From the NCBI GenBank assembly GCA_965249725.1, contig CBDFMQ010000002.1:2656001-2720000 (forward strand): a DNA stretch of 64,000 nucleotides, given 5' to 3'. The position numbers were made by a program, and so were the translations under genes. This stretch comes from Longimicrobiales bacterium (GTDB taxonomy: Bacteria; Gemmatimonadota; Gemmatimonadetes; Longimicrobiales; Gaopeijiaceae). The notes under the pieces were generated by a model that saw nothing but the letters and a program-made list of their open reading frames with translations, did no database searches and was not told where the DNA came from. Numbering within the stretch: position 1 is the first letter of the stretch; the number at the start of each line of letters is the position of its first letter. This document shows positions 38,501-47,856 of the stretch, piece by piece.

Positions 38501-38859
38501 TGCGGCTGCGTGACCAGCTCGGCGACGTGGACGATCTTCTCAACGACGCCGACGATCCGTCCGAGACCCTCGGTGAGGAGGTAGAGGCAATCAGGGAGGA
38601 GCTCGGGAGCATCAGCGAGGACCTCGATCGCCTCCGGGTTCGCCAAACCCGGTCGTCCATCGAAGGGTCGACTACGCGGCCCACCGAGGACCAAGTTCAA
38701 GCCATCGACAAGGCCTGGGATGACGCCCCCGGGATCATCGAGCAACTCAACTCCGTGATCTCGAACCGGATGCCCGCTCTCAATCGCCGTCTCGACGATG
38801 AAGGCATCCGAGCCGATCCCGGCGACGTCGTGGAAGTCCCTGCGCGAGGAGGTCGCTGA
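35554..38859 (+). CDS. Secreted VPS10/sortilin-like BNR-repeat beta-propeller protein
   Basis: Signal peptide, WREIGPAVVGGRI, many S.D.G.TW Asp boxes, GGLQDNGSW, GGGDGF, GTHGRG; acidic GE-rich and poly-Gly inserts. Confidence 0.92.
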   Translation: MKKSVAYAIVTMMVLASPAAPTHVGQAHAQEDTSTDPTALAGFLKWREIGPAVVGGRISDLAVDEADSRNIYVGTATGGVWKSTNHGTTWTAVFTDQSTASIGDVTLAPSNPNVVWVGTGEPQNRQSSPWGDGVFKSMDGGRTWTSLGLEETRHISRIQVHPRNPDIAYVAAVGNLWKSGPERGVYKTTDGGATWDLVLFVDDQTGAIDLIMDPADPNTLFAAMYQRQRTAWGFNGAGPGSGIYRTLDGGVVWERLGEGLPDGDLGRIGLDVYRRDGNLVFATVQARRGQTGVYASKDRGNTWEKLSNTNPRPMYFSMIRVDPNNPERVYVGGQNLMRSDDGGRTFTSDGARNVHLDHHALWIDPANSNHLVLGSDGGVSASFDGSETWRFYDNLPVSQFYEIGFDTRNPYWVCGGLQDNGSWCGPTNTLDSQGIRNADWQNIGGGDGFYVQIDPEDTTVLYAESQGGRVRRVDLETGERASIAPAPNSDLEEGSPRKKDYPSADDPDPEDSQYRFNWNTPTLLSIHDRNTVYTGSQMLMRSSDQGMTWSQISPDLTFDIDRSQLPIMGATPTDSTLSRHDGVSTYSTLTTVGESPINADVLYTGSDDGRVMGTQDGGVNWTDLTPGITDLPANTYVSRLVPSNVREGRVYATFDGHYSGDFGPYVYVSNDFGATWASITTGLPNSSVNIMAEHPDQENLLFVGNEVGVYVSTDRGSSWAPLMNGLPTVPVDDIKIHPDENDLIIGTHGRGIWVMDNIAPLDELATGSVAASNPYLFRVGRAIDWRNFRNQEWTASGEFRIPNPSNGARIRYWLPEGAATADDEEDDRQAGAADGEGTGEGEGEDEGEGEGAGASDQAMGDGHLPIKIMTATGQEVRTLEGPSSPGAHEVVWDFRLDPPHETQGAGAGGGGGGGGGAVQGPKVLPGVYQIQIEVGETTMLGDLVVRQDPRIEVSRGDLTARQAAIMSAYDLESSVYDAGQAILRLRDQLGDVDDLLNDADDPSETLGEEVEAIREELGSISEDLDRLRVRQTRSSIEGSTTRPTEDQVQAIDKAWDDAPGIIEQLNSVISNRMPALNRRLDDEGIRADPGDVVEVPARGGR

Positions 38860-38890
38860 CGGTCCGCTGGATCTTCCCGGGGGCTTACAC

Positions 38891-40507
38891 GTGCGGGTGA
38901 GACTTCTCCTCTGCGGGCTATTGCTGGCCCTCTCGTCCTCCCCAGTGGAGGGGCAGCGACCGCCCGCCCTCGACACGACCGCTTTCTCGGCGCACATCGC
39001 CTCAGTGGCGAGACGGGCCCAGATTCCGCATGTATCCGTCGTTGTCGTGGGGCCGGAGGGGGCCCTCTACGAGGCACACATCGGATCGCGCACCTCGGGT
39101 CCGGGTCCGAGCTCGCGAGGGCTGTCCGAAGGCAACACTCGCTTCTACCTGGGCGCGGTTTCCGAGACGCTCACGGCCTTCGCCCTCATGCGGCTGGTCG
39201 ACGACGGCCTCGTCGACCTGGACGCGCCGGTTACCCGATATCTGCCTGATCTGGATTTCGGAGACCCCGATCGCGCAGACCGTCTGACGATTCGACACCT
39301 GTTCACCCACCACAGTGGCCTGCCCCGAAGCGGGTTCTTCAATCGCCGCGTGCAAGAGGAAGGGCGGCTGGACCACATAGACTTCGTGCGAGAGCCTGGG
39401 GCGACGCTCAAGGCGTCCAGTCTGGACTATCTGGTCTTGGGAATGGTGCTGGAAGCGGTGTCGGGACAACGCTTTTCCACGCTCATGTCCGAGCGGGTCT
39501 TCGAGCCGATCGGGATGGAATCGGCCGTTGCCGACGGTGAGACGGCCCGAAGCGAGGGAGTCGCGACGGGGCACCGTTATCTGTTCGGATGGCCGGTGGC
39601 GACGGAAGGACACCCGTATACGGACATCATGGTGCCCGCCGCCCACATGGCCGCCAGCGCCCTGGACACCGGCCGGTTCCTGTCTGTGCTGCTGAACCAG
39701 GGACGCCGTGACGATGTACGCCTACTGACGGCCTCCGGGGCCAAGGCGCTTCTTCCGACACCTCAGGATCCCACAGACGGTACGGCCCCTGGAGCCGCCA
39801 ACAACGGATGGGGATTGATGGCGTGGGGAGGCGATGCGGACCGGGAGGACGAAGAGGCGCTGATGCGCGCTGAGGCGTGGTTTCGAGAGGGTGTGAGCCC
39901 GGGATTCCACGCCTTGATGGCAGTGCTGCCCGGTGAGGACCTGGGCGTCGTCGTGTTGGCGAACCGTACAGGGGGGCCAGGTCCCAGCGCGGCTCGGGAG
40001 CTTCTCTACGGCGTCGTCGATCGCGCTCTCGGCCGCCCAGGGCGGGCCTACGTTCCCTGGGAGCGCCTCACGCACCTGGCCCTTCTGCTATTCGGCGTCG
40101 GTTGGATCGGGTTGGCCTTTCGCTGGCATCGGCGTTGGGTGGAGATGGGGCGTCCTCCGGCAACCGCTCATACGGCCCCCATCATTGGTCGCCTCGCCCT
40201 GGACCTTACGGTCGCGGCGGCACTTCCACTCGTGGTCGTCCTGGGGGTGGAGAAGACGTCCATCATGGCACTACTCAGGCTCCACCCGGACCTCGGCATC
40301 GCTGTGATCCTGTTCCCGCTCGCCGCCATTCCCATGGCCGTTTGGAGGACGTTGGCGACCTCCGAGGACTGGCGACGCAGCCGAGGCGCCGGAGACGCCG
40401 GACCCCTCACTCCATACCCGGAGGGGCAGGTTGTCACCGTGAATCTCAACCGCGAAATTCTTCGCGCTCGAATCTCCGGCAGGTCGGATCGCCACCACGA
40501 CTCCTGA
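38891..40507 (+). CDS. Beta-lactamase/serine-hydrolase-fold membrane protein lacking catalytic residues
   Basis: Fold motifs LDAPVTRYLP, TIRHLFTHHSGL, VFEPIGM; SxxK position reads AVSE; C-terminal TM helices. Start uncertain. Confidence 0.8.
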   Translation: MRVRLLLCGLLLALSSSPVEGQRPPALDTTAFSAHIASVARRAQIPHVSVVVVGPEGALYEAHIGSRTSGPGPSSRGLSEGNTRFYLGAVSETLTAFALMRLVDDGLVDLDAPVTRYLPDLDFGDPDRADRLTIRHLFTHHSGLPRSGFFNRRVQEEGRLDHIDFVREPGATLKASSLDYLVLGMVLEAVSGQRFSTLMSERVFEPIGMESAVADGETARSEGVATGHRYLFGWPVATEGHPYTDIMVPAAHMAASALDTGRFLSVLLNQGRRDDVRLLTASGAKALLPTPQDPTDGTAPGAANNGWGLMAWGGDADREDEEALMRAEAWFREGVSPGFHALMAVLPGEDLGVVVLANRTGGPGPSAARELLYGVVDRALGRPGRAYVPWERLTHLALLLFGVGWIGLAFRWHRRWVEMGRPPATAHTAPIIGRLALDLTVAAALPLVVVLGVEKTSIMALLRLHPDLGIAVILFPLAAIPMAVWRTLATSEDWRRSRGAGDAGPLTPYPEGQVVTVNLNREILRARISGRSDRHHDS

Positions 40508-40524
40508 GGAGTAAACGTTGAGGA

Positions 40525-41043
40525 GTGACCGTGAACCTGGATGAGGTCCAGGCTGTCATAGACAGCGCAAAAGCGCGAGGCACAGGAGTACTCGAGAAGT
40601 ACGTCCGTGACCGTATGCCTCAGGCCTCCGACCAGGAGATCCGCGACGCGGCGGAGGTCGCGCTCGAGATCATCGAGACGGTTCCGATTTTTCTGGCCAC
40701 CGCCGCTCAGGAAGCCGAGGATCGCAAAATGACGTCGGTCGTACAGCCCTTGCTGGACCGCGCGGCACGCTACTTTCTGCACCCGATCGACATCATTTCG
40801 GAGATGACTCTGGGATTGGCTGGACTCCTGGATGATACTTACTTGGTGCTGCGCATTCTCCAGGTGCTCGAGCAGGGCCCCGAACCTCTCGTGGATTGGG
40901 ATCTGGACCATCCAACCACGTTCATACGGAAACTACTCGGCGAGCAGATCGGTCAGCAGCTCGACGCGATATCGGCTATCGCGTTCGAGGAGGCGGCCGG
41001 ATCTCCCGGTGGACTCTGGCATACGGAACCGTTCGACGCTTGA
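40525..41043 (+). CDS. YkvA/DUF1232-like protein
   Basis: YFLHPIDIISE..LGLAGLLDDTYLV motif. Confidence 0.65.
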   Translation: MTVNLDEVQAVIDSAKARGTGVLEKYVRDRMPQASDQEIRDAAEVALEIIETVPIFLATAAQEAEDRKMTSVVQPLLDRAARYFLHPIDIISEMTLGLAGLLDDTYLVLRILQVLEQGPEPLVDWDLDHPTTFIRKLLGEQIGQQLDAISAIAFEEAAGSPGGLWHTEPFDA

Positions 41044-41112
41044 ACTCGGAAGTGCGGGCACGCGGTCGGTAAGGCGCTATACCTACACCCGCAGTTCATT
41101 ATCAAGGAGGGG

Positions 41113-42174
41113 ATGATGCGACTCCTGAATCTGACGTTACTCACGGTCCTGACGCCGGGTCTCTCGCCGGGCTTCTCCGTGGGTGTCCTGGCAGCCCAGC
41201 AGGCCCAGGAGATCGAAATCGCGGAGTGGACGGTGCCCTGGGAAGAGAGCCGACCACGCGACCCTTACGTCGCCCCGGACGGTAAGGTCTGGTTCGTGGG
41301 TCAGCGTACCCACTACGCCGCTTGGCTGGACCGGACGACCGGAGAATTCAAGCAGTTCCCCCTCAGGGACGGGACCGGACCCCACAATCTGGTCGTCGAC
41401 GATGACGGAACCGTCTACTACACCGGCAACCTCGTGGCAAACATCGGCAAGCTCGATCCCGAAACCGGTGAAATCGAACGGTTCCGCATGCCCGACACGG
41501 CGGCCCGCGATCCTCATACGCTGGTCTTCGGAGAGGGCGACGACCTCTGGTTCACGGTGCAGGGCGGAAATTACGTTGGACGTTTCGTCTCCGGAACCGG
41601 GGACGTGAGCCTCGTGAAGGCTCCGGAGGTGACCAGCGGCAGAGGTGCGTCCAGCCGGCCCTACGGAATCCACATGGACTCGAACAATCACCCGTGGATC
41701 GCGCTCTTCAACACCAACAAGATCGCCACCGTGGATCCCGAAACGATGGAGCTTACGTCCTACGACCTCCCGGACGAACGCACGAGGCCACGTCGGCTCG
41801 TCGTCGACTCGGATGACATTGTCTGGTATGTGGACTACAGCCTCGGCCGATTGGGCCGGCTGGATCCACGCACCGGAGACATCGAGGAGTGGGACAACCC
41901 GTCGGGAGAGCAGTCGAGGCCCTACGCCATGGCCATCGACGGGTCCGACCGAATCTGGTTCGTCGAGACCGGAGTGCGCCCGAACAAGTTCGTCGGCTTC
42001 GATCCAGTGACGGAGGAGTTCTTCTCGGTCACCGACGTCGGGAGCGGCGGCGGCTCGGTTCGCCACATGTTCTATGAGGAGAGCACCAACTCCATCTGGT
42101 TCGGGTCGGACGCAAACACCATCGGACAAGCCAAGCTCCCTCCGCTGAGGCCACGGACGACCACCGACCGGTAG
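41113..42174 (+). CDS. Secreted Vgb-family (virginiamycin B lyase-like) beta-propeller
   Basis: Repeated P.....D..G.VWF blades (RPRDPYVAPDGKVWF, GPHNL, DPHTL, RPYGI, RPRRL, RPYAM). Confidence 0.85.
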   Translation: MMRLLNLTLLTVLTPGLSPGFSVGVLAAQQAQEIEIAEWTVPWEESRPRDPYVAPDGKVWFVGQRTHYAAWLDRTTGEFKQFPLRDGTGPHNLVVDDDGTVYYTGNLVANIGKLDPETGEIERFRMPDTAARDPHTLVFGEGDDLWFTVQGGNYVGRFVSGTGDVSLVKAPEVTSGRGASSRPYGIHMDSNNHPWIALFNTNKIATVDPETMELTSYDLPDERTRPRRLVVDSDDIVWYVDYSLGRLGRLDPRTGDIEEWDNPSGEQSRPYAMAIDGSDRIWFVETGVRPNKFVGFDPVTEEFFSVTDVGSGGGSVRHMFYEESTNSIWFGSDANTIGQAKLPPLRPRTTTDR

Positions 42175-42184
42175 CCGGTCCGAG

Positions 42185-42784
42185 ATGGCCCACCCCCTCC
42201 CTTTTCTCTCCTCGAGGGCGGCCCTGATCGGGGCCGCCCTCTTGGCGTGGCCACCGCCGATAGTGCCCACCGACTCGGTGCCATATGTGAGCAACCCTCC
42301 CCTCGGGCACACCGGCGGCTTCGGGGAGCCGACGTGCCAGGCCTGCCACCTCGACGCCGACCTGAATCATCCCGACGCCACCCTTGAGGTCGATGGACTC
42401 CCCGCGCACTACACCTCTGAAGGCGTGTACCGCATCACCGTCGCAGTCAGCGGAGCGGGTCAGGGGCGAAATGGGTTCGAGGCTTCGATCCGCTTTGCCG
42501 ACGGCCCACAGAAGGGTCTACAGGCCGGATACTTGAACGCCGTCGACCGGAGGGTCGCCGTGAGGTCCGACACGTTGACCGCAGTGCAGTACGCGTCGCA
42601 CACCGACATCGGCGCGGAGCCGACCGCTGTGGAGCGAGGCGAATGGGTGGTGGAGTGGGCGGCTCCTCGATCAAGTGACTCCGTTGTCCTCCACATCGCC
42701 GGGAATTCCGCCAATGGCGACGACTCACCCTTCGGAGACCTCATCTATACATTCGAACGGATGAGCGAAGGCGCTACTCGATAG
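42185..42784 (+). CDS. Reeler-like domain protein with a CxxCH motif
   Basis: PPLGHTGGFGEPTCQACH, GFEAS, W..EWAAP, AGNSANGD.SPFGDLIY. Confidence 0.75.
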   Translation: MAHPLPFLSSRAALIGAALLAWPPPIVPTDSVPYVSNPPLGHTGGFGEPTCQACHLDADLNHPDATLEVDGLPAHYTSEGVYRITVAVSGAGQGRNGFEASIRFADGPQKGLQAGYLNAVDRRVAVRSDTLTAVQYASHTDIGAEPTAVERGEWVVEWAAPRSSDSVVLHIAGNSANGDDSPFGDLIYTFERMSEGATR

Positions 42785-43202
42785 CCACTGTTCCATCGGC
42801 TCTGACATGGACGGGCCTACCGTCGGTCAGTTTGTCGAAGTCCGCGTCTGCTAAGGCGACGATCGGGGGTGCCTTCGCATACATCTCCTCCGCGACGATC
42901 GCCGTGAGGGCGAGAAACGAATCGGTCCCGACCGTGAGGAATGCCGCAGGCGCGGTCCCCTGGCGGATGGCTTCCAGCAAGACGGCGGTCGTGGTGCTCG
43001 ATCCCCTCGTTCCTGGAATCGCCAGGATCCGGCCCGCCGCGTTCTCCCCCGAAAGCGGGTGCCGTCGATCGATGATTTCTCCAGTGTCCGCATCGTAGCC
43101 ACCCCAAAAGCTCAGGGGCTCATGGGATACCAGAAGGGTGCCACGGGCATCACCCGGAATCAGGGCTTGGCCTGCCAGCACCATGTCGTCGCCCGAGGTC
43201 AT
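42774..43202 (-). CDS. Aconitase X small (swivel) subunit, DUF126
   Basis: EPLSFWGGYD..TGEIIDRRHPL.G, TRGSSTT, APAA. Confidence 0.93.
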   Translation of the reverse strand: MTSGDDMVLAGQALIPGDARGTLLVSHEPLSFWGGYDADTGEIIDRRHPLSGENAAGRILAIPGTRGSSTTTAVLLEAIRQGTAPAAFLTVGTDSFLALTAIVAEEMYAKAPPIVALADADFDKLTDGRPVHVRADGTVAIE

Positions 43203-44515
43203 CGTTCGGTCCCGCGCTCAGCGTCGCCACCAGCCGCAGAATCGCTCGCATCTGAGCGCCAGAGACCGTCGTCTCGGATGACCCGGCCCCGGACCGCGGA
43301 CTCCACACAGTCCTGCGTCGAACCGAACGCCATCGCCCGTCCGAGCAGTCCCGGCGTGTAGTAGGCGTACTTCGCCGAGTTGGTCATGAGGATTTGAATC
43401 TCCTCCGGCAGCATCGGCGTGGTCAGGATACAGGTATCCACGGTCACGTCTCCACCGAAGTCATGGAGAGCGTCGAGAAGTCCCGCCTCCTGGGCGATGA
43501 GCTTCACGCCTCTCCCGGTCGTGACTAGGAACCGCACGTCCGGGTGTCTTACGCGTCCCTCGAGGAGCGGGGCAAGCGCCCTGAACTCGTCCAAGGAGAA
43601 GTGCGGAGATCCGAGGACCACCATGTCCAGTTGTTCTCCCTCGTATGTGGAAAGGTTGTCGCGGGCGGCCCTTAGCTCGTCCATTCCCACGTCATGGGCT
43701 TCCTCTGGGTCCTTTCCCTGGAGCGCGTCCGCGAGCGTCGATGCCTCGGGAGTGACCCCGACCCAATGGAACAGCGCCACCGCCCCCGAAGACGCTGTGG
43801 CCGCCCCAAGGGCCTTGAGTTGGTCCTCCGAGGGTGTCACGTCCAGCCCGTCCAGAACCACGACTCGATCGCCGGCAACCTTCCCCACCAGGTGTCCAAG
43901 CACTGGGTATAGTGCGTCGGAGGCCAACAGGGCCGGGGGCACGTCGTGGAAGCGGAACAGCACCTGGCCGGCCCGGTTCTCGGTGAGGTGTAACCCGACG
44001 GCGGGCACCCGGCCCGTGATGGCGGCACAGATGTCCAAAAGGTCCGGATACCGCTCGGTCCGCGCCCCCAGCACGGAATTGGCGAACACGATTGCGCTCG
44101 ACTCCCCCCATGCGATCTGGTCCCCGAACGCGGGTCGCGCCTCGGTTTGGTAAGGGGCGCAGGTCCAGGAGGGAATGCATCCCATGCTCTGATAGGCGAC
44201 CATCTGTCGGCGCGCCTTGTCGGCCCACTCAGGGGGTACGGCCCAGCTCTCCCATCCGTGGGGATCGACCCCCGCCACGTTCAGGGTGGCCGGCACAGCG
44301 ACCTTGGCCCCCAGCCCGGCCAGCCGCTCGGCGTACTCCAAAGTGGCGTCCCCCATGTAGAGGGAACTGTCGATATGTGCGGCGGTCACAGGGATGAGTT
44401 TCTCGGCTCCCTGGACCTCCGCCATCCGGACCAGAATGGACATGGCCATACGGGCCCCCTCTCCCTCGGCACCTGATAGGAGGGCCTCGTCCGCCGCCGT
44501 GAGGTGGAGTGTCAT
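43199..44515 (-). CDS. Aconitase X catalytic subunit, DUF521
   Basis: AHIDS, TCAPY, AWGESSA..FANSVLGARTERY, LKALGAA.ASSG, LGSPH, DTC, MTNSAKYAYY. Confidence 0.93.
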   Translation of the reverse strand: MTLHLTAADEALLSGAEGEGARMAMSILVRMAEVQGAEKLIPVTAAHIDSSLYMGDATLEYAERLAGLGAKVAVPATLNVAGVDPHGWESWAVPPEWADKARRQMVAYQSMGCIPSWTCAPYQTEARPAFGDQIAWGESSAIVFANSVLGARTERYPDLLDICAAITGRVPAVGLHLTENRAGQVLFRFHDVPPALLASDALYPVLGHLVGKVAGDRVVVLDGLDVTPSEDQLKALGAATASSGAVALFHWVGVTPEASTLADALQGKDPEEAHDVGMDELRAARDNLSTYEGEQLDMVVLGSPHFSLDEFRALAPLLEGRVRHPDVRFLVTTGRGVKLIAQEAGLLDALHDFGGDVTVDTCILTTPMLPEEIQILMTNSAKYAYYTPGLLGRAMAFGSTQDCVESAVRGRVIRDDGLWRSDASDSAAGGDAERGTER

Positions 44516-44700
44516 GGCACCAGACTAGGAGCCACACGCGACGTGGAGCAACCTGTGCCCCCGTCGCAACGACGAAGAGACACCCCCCGACTTGCTGAAG
44601 AGGTACGCCCCGCCCAACGAGTGAGGTGCCCCCGACTTGCCAGAGAGGTGCCCCCGCCCACCTTGAGCGCAGGACACACAGGAATAGACGGAGGCGCAGG

Positions 44701-45387
44701 ATGGCGACGAAGTACTTCACCCAATCGACGTTCGCTTTCTTGAAGGACCTGACGGCGAACAACAACCGTGAGTGGTTCCAGGAGAACGAGCACCGGTATG
44801 AGGATCACTTGAAGGATCCTGCGGTCCGGTTCATCTCCGACTTCGGCGCTCACCTCAAGAAGATCAGCGAGCATTTTCGCTCGGATCCGCGAACCGTCGG
44901 CGGCTCTATGTTCCGGATCTATCGGGACACACGCTTCTCCCCGGACAAGACACCCTACAAGACCCATGTGGGCATCCAGTTTCGGCACGAATCGGGCAAG
45001 AACGCCCACGCACCCGGCTACTACCTCCATCTCGACGTGGGCGGCTGCTTTGCCGGAGCGGGCATGTGGCGCCCCGACTCACCGAGCCTCAAGGGCATTC
45101 GGGAGGCCATCGTGGAGGACCCTCGCGCGTGGAAGCGAGCCGTGGGTGGCAAACGGTTCAAGGACGACTACGAGCTGGAGGGGGACCGACTCAAGCGCCC
45201 TCCAAGGGGATTCGATCCCGAGCACGCCCTGGTGGAGGACCTGAAACGGAAGGACTTCATCGGGGTCGCGAAGATCCCAAAGAAGACCATCGTGAGCCCG
45301 GGCCTTCCGAAGGAGCTCGCGAAGACGTTCGGCACCGCGACACCCCTCATGGAGTTCCTCTGCAAGGCTGTTTCCGTCCCGTTCTGA
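44701..45387 (+). CDS. DUF2461 (TIGR02453) family protein
   Basis: NNNREWF, FRIYRDTRFSPDKTPYKTH, APGYYLH, LKRPPRGF. Confidence 0.93.
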   Translation: MATKYFTQSTFAFLKDLTANNNREWFQENEHRYEDHLKDPAVRFISDFGAHLKKISEHFRSDPRTVGGSMFRIYRDTRFSPDKTPYKTHVGIQFRHESGKNAHAPGYYLHLDVGGCFAGAGMWRPDSPSLKGIREAIVEDPRAWKRAVGGKRFKDDYELEGDRLKRPPRGFDPEHALVEDLKRKDFIGVAKIPKKTIVSPGLPKELAKTFGTATPLMEFLCKAVSVPF

Positions 45388-45475
45388 TCGGGCTTGCCCT
45401 CAGCGCCTTCGCCACAGAGCTTGAGCCGTTCGTGGATTTCGGATTGTGGATGATGATGGGTAAGGAGTGTTCCGC

Positions 45476-46864
45476 ATGAAAACAGGCCCCGCTGTAGCCC
45501 TCGGTGCCATCCTCGTGAGCGGCTCGATGCTCGCCGGATCCCGGGCCCCCGTCGCACCCGGCCTCACGCCGCATGTCGCCACGGAACAGAGCGCCCCGGC
45601 GCCTGTGGCCTTCACCAACGTGACCGTCGTCCCCATGGACTCCAATCGCGTGCTGAGGGGTCAGACCGTGCTCGTCGAGCAGGGTCGAATCCGTAGCGTA
45701 GGGCCCGTCGCCGACGTCGATGTCCCGGCCGGGGCCACCACCCTGGACGGGACCGGCAAATACCTCATGCCCGGCCTCGCAGAGATGCATGGTCACATGC
45801 CCGGTGGAGACGTGGAAGAGATGGTGATGTTCCTCTACGTGGCGAACGGAGTCACGACCGTTCGGGGGATGCTCGGGCAGGACGGCCACCTGGAGTTGCG
45901 TCGCAAAGCCAACGCCGGCGAGATCGTCGCACCGACCCTCTATATGGCCGGACCCAGCTTCAACGGAAACTCGGTCTCGTCGCCCGCACAGGCCGCTCAA
46001 AAGGTCCGTGCTCAGAAGGACCAGGGATGGGATCTCCTGAAGATCCACCCCGGCTTGACCGTGCCCGAATACGACGCCATGGCCATGACCGCCCATGAGG
46101 TGGGCATCCGCTTCGGTGGACACGTACCCGCAGACGTCGGACTCGAACACGCCATCGCGATGGGTCAGGAGACCTTCGACCACCTGGACGGGTTCATCGA
46201 GTACTTGAACGCCTTCGACGAGCCGATCGACCAGGGCCGGTTACGCGAGCTGGTCGCCACCGTAAAGGCGGCCGACGCTTGGGTCGTCCCCACCATGGTA
46301 CTGTGGGACGTCGGGGTCATCGGTCGCGGAGATGCCCGGACCATGGCCGCCTACCCGGAGATGCGGTATTGGCCCAAACAGAATATCCCGCGCGTGGTCG
46401 AGGGTGTGGAGGGCTGGATCGGCCGACATGCCGGAGGAGCTCAGCGGGTCCGGGCGAACCCCGCGGCCGCCGACCTCTGGGCGGCCAATCGGCTGGCGGT
46501 GCTCAAGGCGCTGTCCGAATCAGACGTGGGCATCCTGTTGGGGACGGATTCTCCACAGATCTTCTCGGTACCCGGCTTCTCGCTACATCGCGAGATGCAG
46601 GCGATGGCCGATGCCGGCATGTCTCCCTACGAGATTCTGGTCTCGGGCACACGGGCGGTCGGCGAGTACTTCAGGAGAAGTGACACGTTCGGCACCGTGG
46701 CGGTCGGGCGGCGGGCGGACTTGATTCTCCTCAACTCGAATCCGTTGGACGATGTCGGAAACGTTGCCGACCGGGCCGGCGTGATGGTGCGAGGTCGCTG
46801 GTTCTCCGACGACTACATCAAAGAGCGCCTCGAGGAGATCGCCCTGAGGTTCGCGACCGACTGA
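45476..46864 (+). CDS. Secreted amidohydrolase family protein
   Basis: PGLAEMHGH, GVTTVR, GGHVP, DHLDG, LGTDSP, GFSLHRE, RADLILL..NPL. Confidence 0.9.
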   Translation: MKTGPAVALGAILVSGSMLAGSRAPVAPGLTPHVATEQSAPAPVAFTNVTVVPMDSNRVLRGQTVLVEQGRIRSVGPVADVDVPAGATTLDGTGKYLMPGLAEMHGHMPGGDVEEMVMFLYVANGVTTVRGMLGQDGHLELRRKANAGEIVAPTLYMAGPSFNGNSVSSPAQAAQKVRAQKDQGWDLLKIHPGLTVPEYDAMAMTAHEVGIRFGGHVPADVGLEHAIAMGQETFDHLDGFIEYLNAFDEPIDQGRLRELVATVKAADAWVVPTMVLWDVGVIGRGDARTMAAYPEMRYWPKQNIPRVVEGVEGWIGRHAGGAQRVRANPAAADLWAANRLAVLKALSESDVGILLGTDSPQIFSVPGFSLHREMQAMADAGMSPYEILVSGTRAVGEYFRRSDTFGTVAVGRRADLILLNSNPLDDVGNVADRAGVMVRGRWFSDDYIKERLEEIALRFATD

Positions 46865-47856
46865 ACCTGCTCCAAGCCAGCGCTGACCAACCTCCACTGG
46901 AGCCTCATTTGGTCGAGGATGGGCATCGGGGTCAGGCCGCTCGATGCGATCTCGGCGGAGACCTCTTCGCCCCTCGGGCCGAGTAGTGCCAGCTGCCAGC
47001 GGGTTCGCCGCTCCTTCCACGCCTCACCCACAGGATCCGGCGGCCCCAGGGTCACTCCGACGCCCGGTGTGATGAAGAGCGGCATCTCGCTTACCAAGGT
47101 CAGGGGATCACCGCCGAGCGAGCGGATGGCCTCCATGGAGCTCGGCCGAAAGCGATCGGCCGTCTCGGGGTCGCCGAGGGCCAGGAAGTGGTCCTGCATC
47201 GCCGTCGAGTTCGGTCGCGTACAGAACCCGGGCTCAACGCGAGAGAACCCCTTCTCCCCCTCCCTCTCGACGTCGTGAAGTGTGTATCCGAGGCGATGGG
47301 CCTCCTCGGCACAGCAGCGCTTGAGGTGCTCCACCCGATCCAACCACCCCGGCTCCAACAGGAACCAGGGGCCAGCGGCCAAGGCGATGCCATGGAGGGT
47401 GGCGTGGAGATCGAACGGTCCTTCGGCACTCGTCCACCACTCCATCACGGCTCGACTCTCCGGGCGAGCGGCGGTGTCCGCCGGAGACCTGGGAAAGCCG
47501 AACTCCAGATCGTCGCCCGGCAGCTCACGCACGACCTCCGCGAAGTACCGAACCGGGTCGTACACATCCGCAGGCCCTACCGCACGGTCGCCATCGTGCC
47601 AACCGCTGTTCCGGACCGCTCCGTCGGGGTTGATGTGCGGAACGATCCACCACTGATAGTCGGTGAGCATCGAGTGTCCAGGGGCGAGCGCCGCTAGATA
47701 GGCAGCCAACCTGGAGAGCAGCCGGGGGCCCACCGGCTCATCGGCATGGCAGCCTCCAATGAGACTGACCCGAACGGGTCCGGAGCCCAGATGAAAGCCC
47801 GTGACGGACCGCCCCTCACGGGAGTGTCCCAGGTGAATCCCCATATCCGGGGCCAC
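46813..47856 (-). CDS. M14 zinc carboxypeptidase family protein
   Basis: LGHSREGR, GCHADEPVG, VPHINPDG, ATLHG, VSEMP; start uncertain. Confidence 0.85.
   Translation of the reverse strand: MAPDMGIHLGHSREGRSVTGFHLGSGPVRVSLIGGCHADEPVGPRLLSRLAAYLAALAPGHSMLTDYQWWIVPHINPDGAVRNSGWHDGDRAVGPADVYDPVRYFAEVVRELPGDDLEFGFPRSPADTAARPESRAVMEWWTSAEGPFDLHATLHGIALAAGPWFLLEPGWLDRVEHLKRCCAEEAHRLGYTLHDVEREGEKGFSRVEPGFCTRPNSTAMQDHFLALGDPETADRFRPSSMEAIRSLGGDPLTLVSEMPLFITPGVGVTLGPPDPVGEAWKERRTRWQLALLGPRGEEVSAEIASSGLTPMPILDQMRLQWRLVSAGLEQVQSVANLRAISSRRSLM

Noticed and set aside
41113..42174. Streptogramin resistance gene vgb
   Set aside because: Only fold-level resemblance; it has a signal peptide and no mobile or resistance context.
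44582..44662. Imperfect two-copy repeat (CCCCCGACTTGC...GAGGT...CCCCGCCCA) upstream of DUF2461
   Set aside because: Only two degenerate copies; no function can be supported.
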